Positions 1 to 10,400 of a stretch of DNA of 64,000 nt are shown in pieces (position 1 is the first letter of the stretch; each line of letters opens with the position of its first letter). This stretch comes from Sphingobacteriaceae bacterium (GTDB lineage Bacteria > Bacteroidota > Bacteroidia > Sphingobacteriales > Sphingobacteriaceae). The notes below the pieces were generated by a model that was not told where the DNA came from, did not search any database, and worked only from the letters and a program-made list of their open reading frames with translations. The stretch lies in the NCBI GenBank assembly GCA_947463785.1, contig CANHRG010000008.1:2636-66635 (forward strand), read 5' to 3'. The position numbers and the translations under genes were made by a program.

Positions 1-2896
1 TTACTTGAATTTTGATACGGATAATGTAATCACCGTTCGGGTGGATGCTACCCAATACGAAGGCTGGTTCTATGAAGGTGCCGGAATATATCGCCATGTT
101 TGGTTCCAAAAATCCAACAACCTTCATCTGGCCGAAAATGGGGTGTATGTCCGTTCAGAATTAAGAGATAACAAAGCTAGAATATTGGTTGAAGCCAGTA
201 TTCAAAATCAGGATCTGCTTGGTAAAAAAGGTATAGTTTTTTCTTATTTGACCGACCGCAACGGTAAGAAATTGGCTAAAACTCCTGAGCAAGCCATCGT
301 TCTCAAAGCCAATGGTTCAACGCTTGTTAACCAAGAGCTCAGTTTAAGAAATCCCAGATTATGGTCTTTGGAGGATCCTTATCTATATAAAATCATCACG
401 GTAGTAAAGGCCGATGGTAATGTGGCGGATAGTCTAAAGCAACGCATCGGTATCCGTACTTTTCGTTTTGATGGCGAAAAAGGATTTTTCTTAAATGGCA
501 AACACGTAAAGATTAAAGGGGTAAACAACCACCAAGATCATGCTGGTGTGGGTAGTGCTTTACCCGATTACCTTCACTATTATCGCATCCAATTGTTGAA
601 AGATATGGGTACCAATGCGTACCGAACCAGTCACCATGCGCCAACACCTGAGCTATTAGATGCTTGTGATAGCCTAGGGATGCTGGTTTTGGACGAACAG
701 CGCCTGCTCAACAGCAGTCCGGAATATATGGATCAGTTTGAACGTTTGCTCAAACGCGATCGCAACCGGGCTTCCGTATTTTTATGGTCTATTGGCAACG
801 AAGAAGGCTGGATACAAACCAATAGTGTGGGTAAACGTTTAGCTCAGACCTTGTTGGCTAAGCAGCTGGAGTTAGATCCTTCACGAACCAGCACTTATGC
901 TGCCGATGTGCCTAATGTGTTTACTGGAGTGAATGAAGTGATCCCGGTTCGAGGATTCAATTACCGTCAGTTTGCAGTGGCAGATTACCATCGCGATCAT
1001 CCTAGCCAGCCCATTTTAGGAACAGAAATGGGAAGTACGGTAACTACCCGAGGCATTTTAGAAAAAGATACCGTGAACGCGTATTTGCCTGATCAGGATA
1101 TTACGGCACCGTGGTGGGCAAGTCGTGCCGAAGAATGGTGGAAACTGGCAGCCGATAATGACTATTGGGCCGGTGGGTTTATCTGGACAGGTATGGATTA
1201 CCGCGGTGAACCAACTCCGTTCAAATGGCCAAATATCAATTCGCATTTTGGGGTGATGGACATGTGCGGTTTCCCCAAAAACATCTATTACTATTACCAA
1301 AGTTGGTGGACAGATAAAGATGTATTACACATTTCGCCGCACTGGAACTGGCCCGACAAGATTGGTAAGCCAATCACAGTTTGGGTAAACAGCAATGCCG
1401 AGGAAGTAGAATTATTCCTAAACGGCAAAAGCTTGGGCAAAAAAGCAATGCCGAGAAATGGTCACCTGGAGTGGAGCACTATGTATGAACCGGGTAAACT
1501 GGAAGCGATTGCTCTTAAACAAGGCAAAACCTTGAAGGCTAAGGTGGAAACAACAGGTCCGGCTGCAGAGGTGGTGCTTACACCTTATAAAACTACCATG
1601 TTGGCCGATGGTAAAGATGCTTCCGTGATCAATGTGAGCATTGTTGATAAGGAGGGCCGTGAAGTTCCCAATGCGAATAACCCGGTGAAATTTTTGCTTA
1701 AGGGAGACGCAAAAATTATAGGAGTAGGTAACGGCGATCCTAGCAGTCACGAAGCAGATGTTTGTCTGGACGGCAACTGGCAACGGAGTGCCTTCAATGG
1801 TAAATGTCAGGTAATCATTCAGTCCGGTAAAAATCCGGGAATGATTCAGTTTGAGGCTACCGCCGATGGCTTTTGGAAAGGTTCAACCGATATTCTTACC
1901 GTTGCTCCAAATCAGACCATTTCCTTTACCCGAGATCCAAAATTTGACTTGAAAGGCGAAGCGGCCAAAACCCGATCGGCCACCAAAATGTTGGGTGCCG
2001 ATATTTCTTTTCTGCCTGAATTGGAAAACCGAGGAGTTAAATTTTCGGATAAAGGTGTAGAAAAGGATGCCATTGAGATTTTAAAAGCGCATGGGTTTAA
2101 CTATGTGCGCTTACGTATTTTCAATGAACCTGCTAATGAGAAGGGTTACGCCCCTGGAAAAGGTTTTTGCGACTTAAACTATACCAAGCAAATGGCTAAG
2201 CGGGTAAAAGCTGCAGGAATGAAATTATTGCTCGATTTCCATTATAGCGATTTTTGGGCAGATCCTGGTAAGCAGTTTAAACCAAAAGCGTGGGAAGGTT
2301 TAACCCCCGACCAATTGAAAGAGGCTTTGTATGAGTACACACGCAAGGTATTGCTCGAACTGCAAGCCCAAGGCACTACGCCTGATATGGTTCAAATAGG
2401 GAATGAGATTAACCACGGAATGGTTTGGCCAGAGGGTAGCGTAGCCAATTTATCCTTCCTCTCTGAGTTGCTGCGTGCTGGCTATGCGGCTGTTAAAACA
2501 TTAGATCCTAAAATTGTGACGATGTTGCATGTTGCCTTAGGTGGACAGCATGATGAATCGGTTTTCTTTATCGATAACATGCTGGCACGTGGCGTTCAGT
2601 TTGATGTGATAGGTGAGTCCTATTACCCGAAATGGCACGGCACCCTCGCCGATCTGAATCGAAATTTAAGTGATTTGGTAAAACGTTATGGCAAAGATGT
2701 GATTGTAGTAGAATATTCACAGGAAAAAGAGGCCGTCAATAAAATTGCCTTCGAACTCCCAGACGGCAAGGGTAAAGGCACTTGTATTTGGGAGCCATTA
2801 AATACTTGGGAATCTATCTTTAATCAGGATGGAAAATCCAATCAACTTCTAGAGCTCTACGACATTTTTAATAAGAAATACATTTCGCAACACTAA
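1..2896 (+). CDS. Glycoside hydrolase fusion, 5'-truncated at the window edge: GH2 beta-galactosidase-like part plus C-terminal GH53 arabinogalactan endo-beta-1,4-galactanase
   Basis: The reading frame is open from the window start, and the listed TTG at 5 is internal. GH2 TIM-barrel motifs are present: NHQDHAG, WSIGNEE (acid/base Glu region) and GTEMGS. From about aa 660 the GH53 hallmarks appear: GADISFLPELE, YVRLRIFNEP, IGNEINHGM and GESYYPKWHG. Confidence 0.85.
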   Translation, partial: YLNFDTDNVITVRVDATQYEGWFYEGAGIYRHVWFQKSNNLHLAENGVYVRSELRDNKARILVEASIQNQDLLGKKGIVFSYLTDRNGKKLAKTPEQAIVLKANGSTLVNQELSLRNPRLWSLEDPYLYKIITVVKADGNVADSLKQRIGIRTFRFDGEKGFFLNGKHVKIKGVNNHQDHAGVGSALPDYLHYYRIQLLKDMGTNAYRTSHHAPTPELLDACDSLGMLVLDEQRLLNSSPEYMDQFERLLKRDRNRASVFLWSIGNEEGWIQTNSVGKRLAQTLLAKQLELDPSRTSTYAADVPNVFTGVNEVIPVRGFNYRQFAVADYHRDHPSQPILGTEMGSTVTTRGILEKDTVNAYLPDQDITAPWWASRAEEWWKLAADNDYWAGGFIWTGMDYRGEPTPFKWPNINSHFGVMDMCGFPKNIYYYYQSWWTDKDVLHISPHWNWPDKIGKPITVWVNSNAEEVELFLNGKSLGKKAMPRNGHLEWSTMYEPGKLEAIALKQGKTLKAKVETTGPAAEVVLTPYKTTMLADGKDASVINVSIVDKEGREVPNANNPVKFLLKGDAKIIGVGNGDPSSHEADVCLDGNWQRSAFNGKCQVIIQSGKNPGMIQFEATADGFWKGSTDILTVAPNQTISFTRDPKFDLKGEAAKTRSATKMLGADISFLPELENRGVKFSDKGVEKDAIEILKAHGFNYVRLRIFNEPANEKGYAPGKGFCDLNYTKQMAKRVKAAGMKLLLDFHYSDFWADPGKQFKPKAWEGLTPDQLKEALYEYTRKVLLELQAQGTTPDMVQIGNEINHGMVWPEGSVANLSFLSELLRAGYAAVKTLDPKIVTMLHVALGGQHDESVFFIDNMLARGVQFDVIGESYYPKWHGTLADLNRNLSDLVKRYGKDVIVVEYSQEKEAVNKIAFELPDGKGKGTCIWEPLNTWESIFNQDGKSNQLLELYDIFNKKYISQH

Positions 2897-2898
2897 TC

Positions 2899-4041
2899 GT
2901 GATACAGGAAATCAAAAAACACTTTAAAACCCATTTTGAGGGTGAGCCGCTTGTGGTTCGTTCTCCCGGTAGGGTGAATATCATCGGTGAGCATACCGAT
3001 TACAACGAGGGATTTGTGTTACCCGCTGCCGTGGATAAAGCGGTTTGGGTCGCTGTTGCCAAGCGTAATGATGGTCAAATTGGATTGTTTTCGGTCAGTT
3101 ATCAGGAGAAAATGGAGCTCGCTTTGACCGACATTCAACCCAGTAAAAATTGGCCTACGTATGTATTGGGGGTGGTGGATCAATTGCTGAAAAGAGGTTA
3201 TGCGATAGGCGGATTTAACCTAGTATTGGATGGCGATGTACCCATCGGTGCCGGATTGTCCTCTTCTGCTGCGGTAGAATGTGCCGTAGTTTTTGCTCTC
3301 AACGAATTGTTTGGCTTGGGGATCAGTAAGCTAGAGATGGTGCAGATTGCCCAAAAAGCCGAGCATACGTATTCGGGTGTATTGTGCGGAATAATGGACA
3401 TGTTTGCCAGCATGTTTGGTAAAAAAGATCAAGTCATCCGTCTCGATTGCCGTTCTTTGGATTATGCTTATGAACCCTTGCAATTGGATGGCTATAAATT
3501 GGTCTTATTCAATACCAATGTTAAACATTCACTGGCATCATCTGCCTACAATACCCGACGACAAGAATGCGAACAAGGTGTAGCTTGGGTGAAGGCTGCA
3601 TGCCCGGAAGTGAATTCCTTACGGGATGTGAGTGCGGCAATGCTGGATACTCACGTAGCCCCTAAAGATGCATTAGTTTACAAGCGTTGCAGATATGTAG
3701 TTGATGAGATTTCCCGTTTGCAAGCTGCCTGTAACGATCTGGAGCAAGGTGATTTGACTGCCCTTGGGCAAAAATTATATCAAACCCATCAAGGTTTGAG
3801 TAGCGCTTATGAAGTAAGCTGTAAAGAGTTGGATTTTTTAGTGGAAGCAGTGAAAAGTGAGTCCGGTGTTTTAGGTGCTCGTATGATGGGAGGAGGCTTT
3901 GGTGGTTGTACCATTAACATTGTACAAGACCAGGCTATTGCTAATTTGAGCGAACGCCTGGCTGAATCTTACCGTAAACAAATGGGACTTGACTTGAGCG
4001 CTTATATCGTAACTACTTCAAACGGAACAGCATTGATATGA
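2899..4041 (+). CDS. galK: Galactokinase
   Basis: Carries the galactokinase signature GRVNIIGEHTDYNEG and the GHMP kinase motif PIGAGLSSSAA. It has a GTG start 2 nt after the upstream stop. Confidence 0.93.
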   Translation: MIQEIKKHFKTHFEGEPLVVRSPGRVNIIGEHTDYNEGFVLPAAVDKAVWVAVAKRNDGQIGLFSVSYQEKMELALTDIQPSKNWPTYVLGVVDQLLKRGYAIGGFNLVLDGDVPIGAGLSSSAAVECAVVFALNELFGLGISKLEMVQIAQKAEHTYSGVLCGIMDMFASMFGKKDQVIRLDCRSLDYAYEPLQLDGYKLVLFNTNVKHSLASSAYNTRRQECEQGVAWVKAACPEVNSLRDVSAAMLDTHVAPKDALVYKRCRYVVDEISRLQAACNDLEQGDLTALGQKLYQTHQGLSSAYEVSCKELDFLVEAVKSESGVLGARMMGGGFGGCTINIVQDQAIANLSERLAESYRKQMGLDLSAYIVTTSNGTALI

Positions 4042-5033
4042 CTTACCAACCCAATCCACAACGTTATGAAGAAATGCATTATCGCCGCTGTGGCAACAGT
4101 GGATTAGTATTGTCTGCCATCTCGCTAGGCTTGTGGCATAATTTCGGACATGTGGACGATTTTGCGAATGCCCGTAAATTGATACAAACGGCTTTTAATC
4201 TGGGTATCACCCATTTCGATCTTGCCAATAATTATGGTCCTCCCCCAGGTAGTGCCGAAGAAACTTTTGGTAAGATCTTAAGTCAGGATTTTGGTGGTTT
4301 TCTTCGCGATGAACTCATTATTTCGACCAAGGCGGGTTATCGTATGTGGCCGGGACCCTACGGCGAATGGGGTTCGAGAAAATACCTCATTACTAGTCTC
4401 GACCAGAGTTTGAAACGTATGGGTTTAGATTATGTAGATATCTTTTACCACCACCGACCAGATCCGGAAACGCCTTTGGAAGAAAGTATGATGGCCCTGC
4501 ACGATTGTGTAAAAAGTGGTAAGGCTTTGTACGTAGGTATTTCCAATTATCCTGCCGAAGAAGCCCGGAAGGCAATCCAAATGCTTAAAGAATTAGGGAC
4601 ACCTTGCCTCATCCATCAGCCTAAATATTCTCTATTTGAGCGTTGGGTGGAAGATGGTTTGCTCGATGTTTTGGAACAAACTGGAACTGGCTGTATTCCA
4701 TACTCGCCTTTGGCGCAAGGATTATTGACCGATCGTTATTTGAAAGGCATTCCAAACGATTCTAGAGTGGCTAAAGGTGTAGGCTTTTTAACTGAAAATC
4801 ACCTAACCTCAGAGCGACTGGACAAGATCAACAAGTTGAATGCATTGGCTCAAAAACGGAACACCACCTTGGCGCAGATGGCTTTAGCTTGGGTGCTCAA
4901 AGATTCTCGAATCACTACGGTACTGATTGGGGCTAGTCGAAGTGAACAAATTACCGATGCGGTAAACAGTTTGCACCACCTGCATTTTGAAAATGAAGAA
5001 CTAAGTACAATTGAACACATTTTGAAATCGTAA
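4038..5033 (+). CDS. Aldo-keto reductase, YghZ/Gpr-like (L-glyceraldehyde-3-phosphate reductase type)
   Basis: Resembles E. coli YghZ along its length as I recall that sequence: LGLWHNFG, HFDLANNYGPPPGSAEE, GSRKYL, DIFYHHRPD and KALYVGISNY. An ATGA overlap with the galK stop indicates translational coupling. Confidence 0.85.
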   Translation: MTYQPNPQRYEEMHYRRCGNSGLVLSAISLGLWHNFGHVDDFANARKLIQTAFNLGITHFDLANNYGPPPGSAEETFGKILSQDFGGFLRDELIISTKAGYRMWPGPYGEWGSRKYLITSLDQSLKRMGLDYVDIFYHHRPDPETPLEESMMALHDCVKSGKALYVGISNYPAEEARKAIQMLKELGTPCLIHQPKYSLFERWVEDGLLDVLEQTGTGCIPYSPLAQGLLTDRYLKGIPNDSRVAKGVGFLTENHLTSERLDKINKLNALAQKRNTTLAQMALAWVLKDSRITTVLIGASRSEQITDAVNSLHHLHFENEELSTIEHILKS

Positions 5034-5057
5034 CCAAAAACCAAATCTAAATTATAC

Positions 5058-6749
5058 ATGAATAAGCTATTACAAACTACAGATTACATCGTTTTTCTGG
5101 TGTATTTTCTGATTGTTGCCGGCTACGGCTGGTGGATCTACACCCGTAAAAAATCAGAAAAAACGGGTACGAAAGATTATTTTCTAGCCGAAGGATCGCT
5201 GACTTGGGTAGCCATTGGGGCCTCACTGATCGCCTCTAACATTTCAGCCGAACAATTTATTGGAATGAGTGGAGAAGGGTTTTTTAGCGGTATCGCGGTA
5301 GCGGCTTACGAGTGGATTGCGGCCATATCGCTCATCATTATTGCCGTTTGGTTCATGCCGGTTTATCTTAAAAACAAGATTTTTACCATGCCACAGTTCT
5401 TAAAAGAGCGTTACAATGAAACTGTAGCTATTGTTATGGCTGTTTTTTGGCTCTTTTTATATGTTTTTGTTAACCTGACCTCAATTTTATACCTCGGTTC
5501 TAAAGCCATTAGTGGTTTGGCCGGGCAGGAGTATTTTCATATCATTTTGATTTTACTTTCACTTTTTGCTCTGGTTATTGCCCTTGGCGGGATGAAAGTA
5601 ATTGGGTACACCGATGTAATCCAAGTAGCCGTATTGATTATCGGTGGCTTTGTAGCCGTTTGGCTAGCCCTGGTAAAAGTGGATGAAGTAGTGAACCAGG
5701 GTCAAAGTGCCTGGAACGGCTTTCGAACATTGATGACAGAGGCTCCGGATCATTTCCACATGATTTTTGATAAGCCCAACGCCCGCAGTAGCGCCGACTT
5801 CGTTGCTAAATATTTAGCCCTTCCGGGAATTACCATGTATTTCGCCGGGCAATGGGTAGCCAACCTGAACTACTGGGGTTGTAACCAGTACATCACTCAA
5901 AGGGCTTTAGGTGCTGATCTGCAGACTGCTCGTAACGGCATTTTGTTCGCTGGTTTTCTAAAAATCTTTATGCCGGTTATTGTAATGTTGCCCGGAATTG
6001 CGGCCTATGTTTTGTTTAAACATGGCTATTTCGATACCGCTACATTCAATGGACAAAAAGATGGAGCCTATGCTGCCATCTTGAGTTTACTTCCGGTAGG
6101 GTTAAAAGGCCTTTCGGTTGCCGCTTTAACGGCTGCTATTGTAGCTTCCCTGGCAGGTAAGGCAAACAGTATTTCTACCATTTTCACGCTGGATATTTAC
6201 GAGAAATATTTTGATAAAGCTGCTGACGAAAAGAAATTGGTTTGGGTTGGCCGTTTAACCATCTTAGCGGCTATCATCATCGCGGTAGCTTGTTGTTGGG
6301 AAGATTTATTGGGTATTGGCCGCGAAGGCGGATTTACCTTTATCCAGAAGTATACCGGATTCATTAGTCCGGGTGTGTTTGCCATGTTCATCTTGGGTAT
6401 GTTCTGGAAAAGAACCACCGGAGCAGCAGCCATAACGGGTTTAATTTCTGGTCTGCTGATCGTTATAGTGTTCAATAACTTTGCTCCTGCTTGGTTCGGC
6501 AATGAAACTGTGCTTTACACGGCTTATCAAAACAGTGCCGGTCAATACGAGATTCCGTTCATGGTAAATATGGGTTGGTCTTTTGCCTTTACGGTTTTAA
6601 TTATGGTTGTAGTGAGTCTGGCTGGTCCGAAAGTGAATGCCAAGGCTTTTGAATTGGATAAGAGTATGTTCCAGCTAAAGCCATCTACCATTGCGCTAAT
6701 TACCATGATTCTGATGTTGGTTGTAGCATTGTATGCCAAATTCTGGTAA
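5058..6749 (+). CDS. Sodium:solute symporter (SSS family, SGLT-like sugar transporter)
   Basis: A 563-aa polytopic membrane protein with an SSS-type N-terminus (DYFLAEGSLTWVAIGASLIASNISAEQFIGMSGEG). Its position after galK suggests galactose uptake. Confidence 0.85.
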   Translation: MNKLLQTTDYIVFLVYFLIVAGYGWWIYTRKKSEKTGTKDYFLAEGSLTWVAIGASLIASNISAEQFIGMSGEGFFSGIAVAAYEWIAAISLIIIAVWFMPVYLKNKIFTMPQFLKERYNETVAIVMAVFWLFLYVFVNLTSILYLGSKAISGLAGQEYFHIILILLSLFALVIALGGMKVIGYTDVIQVAVLIIGGFVAVWLALVKVDEVVNQGQSAWNGFRTLMTEAPDHFHMIFDKPNARSSADFVAKYLALPGITMYFAGQWVANLNYWGCNQYITQRALGADLQTARNGILFAGFLKIFMPVIVMLPGIAAYVLFKHGYFDTATFNGQKDGAYAAILSLLPVGLKGLSVAALTAAIVASLAGKANSISTIFTLDIYEKYFDKAADEKKLVWVGRLTILAAIIIAVACCWEDLLGIGREGGFTFIQKYTGFISPGVFAMFILGMFWKRTTGAAAITGLISGLLIVIVFNNFAPAWFGNETVLYTAYQNSAGQYEIPFMVNMGWSFAFTVLIMVVVSLAGPKVNAKAFELDKSMFQLKPSTIALITMILMLVVALYAKFW

Positions 6750-6764
6750 TTGAAGCGTTTCAAC

Positions 6765-6798
6765 AAAAAACCCTCACCGATTTCGGTGAGGGTTTTTT
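6765..6798. terminator. Bidirectional rho-independent terminator
   Basis: An A-run, a 9-bp GC-rich stem CCCTCACCG/CGGTGAGGG with a 4-nt loop, then a T-run. It lies between convergent genes. Confidence 0.8.
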
Positions 6799-6801
6799 GT
6801 T

Positions 6802-7497
6802 TTAGTTTACACTGAACCGGTATAGTCCAGAATCGGACGTATTACCTTTTGAGTCTTTCGTAATTACTTTCCAGTAATAAGACGTTGCATTGTTAACACT
6901 CACGTTGCTTAGAATGCTAGCAGTAACATTGCTTTGTAAAAGCGCTGGAGTAGACGTTGTTCCAAGGTAAATATCGTACGTGGTAATATCGTTATCCACA
7001 TCTGTGCCATTCCAATCTAAGGTTATTTTACCAGCCGATGCCGTAACAGCTTGGTTCATGGTTGGGCTAAGTATTTCTGCAGGGAATGGTGCGTAAGCAA
7101 CTGTTCCTGGCCCAGAGTTGTAAAACTTCCAAGTATCGCTTTGGGCTGTAGTTGTAATTTTTGTTGATTTAGACGTAACATACCAAGAGTAAGGGGTATT
7201 TCGTGCCAAAATAACATTTTCAGAGGTTGAAGATGTGGTCCGGCTGATAACCGCATTGGTATTAAGATTCTTTATCGAAAGTTCATAACTATCGGCATTT
7301 GCAGCAGTTTGCCAGGTGAAACTCACCGTGCTCTCCGTAGCAGAAATTACGGTACCTGTTGTACATGCTTCATTTTGAGCGGGTAAACTTAAAATTGCTT
7401 TTGCTGGTGGATTGATTGCAGGCTGGGGACTTGATCCTCCGCCCTTACCACAAGAAAATCCTATTAAACAAATCAGGAGAAAAATTAATCTTTTCAT
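6802..7497 (-). CDS. Lipoprotein with two Fn3-like repeats
   Basis: Signal peptide with a lipobox (LIGFSC). Two repeats of about 95 aa have fibronectin-III-like beta patterns (SFTWQTAANADSYEL.., ITLDWNGTDVDNDITTYDIYL..). Confidence 0.7.
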   Translation of the reverse strand: MKRLIFLLICLIGFSCGKGGGSSPQPAINPPAKAILSLPAQNEACTTGTVISATESTVSFTWQTAANADSYELSIKNLNTNAVISRTTSSTSENVILARNTPYSWYVTSKSTKITTTAQSDTWKFYNSGPGTVAYAPFPAEILSPTMNQAVTASAGKITLDWNGTDVDNDITTYDIYLGTTSTPALLQSNVTASILSNVSVNNATSYYWKVITKDSKGNTSDSGLYRFSVN

Positions 7498-10400
7498 CTT
7501 TTTAAAATTTTACTAATTACTTCAGTATTACCGTTAACTATTTTGATAAAATACAGTCCATTCTTAAGGTAGGATAAATTCAATTGCATATTGCCGTTAA
7601 AAGCCTCATGGGTTTGTTTGTACACCTGTTGACCTGAACTGTCTACAATCGAAACTAAGCGATTACCCGATTCATTGCTACCTAAAGTAACATTGAGCAG
7701 ATTATCGAACGGATTAGGGAAGATCATGACCTCATCGGCAACGTAAATTGTTTTTTCGATTATACCCTGACATTCTTTATCGGTACTAACCCTAAGTTTG
7801 TTCGGACCATTTTTGAGTGGTAAACTCAGCAAGTTGCTGGCCGTTTTGAAGGTATTGCCATTCAAAGTCACCTCATAGGTATCGCCGCCGTTTAATGCTA
7901 AACTAACCGTATTAGTTACTAAATCAGTTTCAGAGCTTACAGAAAGATCTTTAGGTTCGGTTATCACTAAATCAAAGCAAGCTTTGTAATCTGAATTGCC
8001 ATCCACCGAAATACACAATTTATAGTTTCCAGCATTTAGGTTACTAATGTCTAGCGTGTTTACAAATTTATAGGTGGTATTCGTAGTGTTTAAAGTTAAG
8101 GTTGCGGTGTAATTTAATGCAAGTGCAGCTGTTACGCTAATTTTGCCGTCATTTTGAGTTTTACAGCTTTTCGAAGTGGTTGAAACTCTGAAATTAGTTG
8201 CAGCTAATGGGAAATCTACACCATACAGGATGCTATTTGAAAAGAAATTACAAGATCCTGCACTAATCTTCACGCTGTAGTTTCCAGGGCTTGTAGGACT
8301 ATATGTAGCAGCGCTTGCATTGGTTATAGGCTGTCCGTTTAGTAACCATTGTACACCATTGGTAATGTTAGAAGTAAGTGTGTTGCCATTTCTAGTAATT
8401 ACGGGATTAATGCTTACGGCAGTTGCTGCAACCCGTGTTCCATCACCAGCACATCCTGCTGAACGCACTTTTAAATCGTAAAAATAATAATAGAAATCAG
8501 CGAAAGTTGCCGGAGCAGCAGCAGTGGCGGTATTTCCTGTGATACTGAATATTCCGCCAATTGTGAACGGATAACCACTCACACCGCCATTATTTCTCCA
8601 GATGCTTGCACCTCCCTCATAACTAATGGATATGGTATAATCTCCCGCTTCAGGAAGCAATAGGTTAAGATTGTAAACTTCCCCGGGAGGGCTAACGTCT
8701 AATGTTACTTTAGATACCTCAATACCTGAGTCTGTTCTACTTGCTGTAAATGTAATTTTTCCTGCGTTACCGATGTAAAGTTGCGCACTTTCTAGAACAA
8801 TTGGCACTTTGGTGTTTACTAAAACCGATGGGTTGTTGCCATTCACATAACCTCCTGCATTGAATACAGTATTTGTTGCCGGACCTAATTTGCCGCTGAA
8901 ATCGTTAATTCCGGCAAAGTAGGTGTTAATGCCTGTGCCGGTAAAATTAGTTGTTCCTGATCCAATGGTATAGGCAATAGGTAATTGATCATTAGCAGCT
9001 TTATACCAGAAAATATTTCCTGAACCAGTTGCGTTAAGCGCTACCGTTCCAGCTTCTGAGCAATTGCTTACGGTTACATTACTTAAGCTTGGAGGCAAGC
9101 TAATGGTTGCGTTTGCTGTTTTTGCATTATTTCTGGAATCTAAATCTCCAGTCAAAGAAGTAGTAGCTTCAAACTGGTAGCTAACCCCAGCTACTGCACT
9201 AAAACTTCCACTTAATGTAAATGCTGCTTCTTCACCAGCAGTTAGTGCTTTGGTATAGGTTTGTGTAAGTGTCTTAACGATTGTATTGCCATTTTTTACT
9301 ACCACACTTACTGGGATGTTAGAAACGGAGGCTGAACCGAAGTTTTTTAGCTTAACTGTAACGGTTTGACCAGGATTTGCACACACACCAGTAATTGGAT
9401 CAGTAATACCGCTGATGCCTACATCTATACTCGGTTTTAAGAACTTAACTTTAAAGTCGGCGGTTTCACCTTTGGCATACGTTCCGCAAGAACTAATCAA
9501 TGCCGGATTGTTTCCTTCAACTAAAACTACTCTAAGTAGCGTGAAATCGTCAATTACTACCGAGTTGGGGATGACAATGCTTCCATTAAATTCCCCGTTT
9601 CCGTTGATAACACCTGTAGTTACAAGTTCTTCATTTGCATCCGTAAAGTCTCCATCACTGTTAGTATCCAGGTATACCTTGGCTGCTTTATCGAAGTTGC
9701 CACCGCAAGTACCCAATTTTAGATTGATAGGGTAGGTTCTACCGGCTTCAAGTTCAATTGTTTGATTCGTATTGTCTGTATAGGTGGTACAGGTAGTATT
9801 GTTAGCGCTGTAGTTAACATTACTTAAGGTCAAACCGGTAATTTTTGAATCTGCAGAATTTGTAGGACCTGAACTGCAATATGTGCCACCACCAACACCG
9901 GTCAAAATAAGCGAGAAAGCCTGACTTGCACCAATTAGTGTACCCGTTTTATGGGTTACTGTAAGTGTATAGGTTCGTCCGGGTGTTGCGTTGTTAATGA
10001 CGATCTGCTCCACATTGTCTCTAAAATTATCTCCAATGGTTGCAGGATTTGCAGGCATTTCGGGATCTAAAACCCATGGAAGATAGGGGCCTCCCACACC
10101 CGTGATACGAATATCTAGGTCATTTACCAATTTTAGTGTCCGTTCATCAACCGTATTTGCTGTATTTGCCATTCCGGGAGGGTCTGTCCAGCAGATGGTT
10201 GCTTTAAGTGGGCCGTTTCCTGAACTAACCAGTGTATAGGTTTTTGTAGCACCCTGGTTTAATGTTTCTTCCAGAATACGACTTTTACCTCCATTGTTCA
10301 GAATAACCTGGGCTGCTCTCTCCATATTCAGAAGCCCCCAGCCATAAATATAGTCTGGTCCGACATTCCCGGCTTCATCCGCTGTATGTATTGCAAGGCC

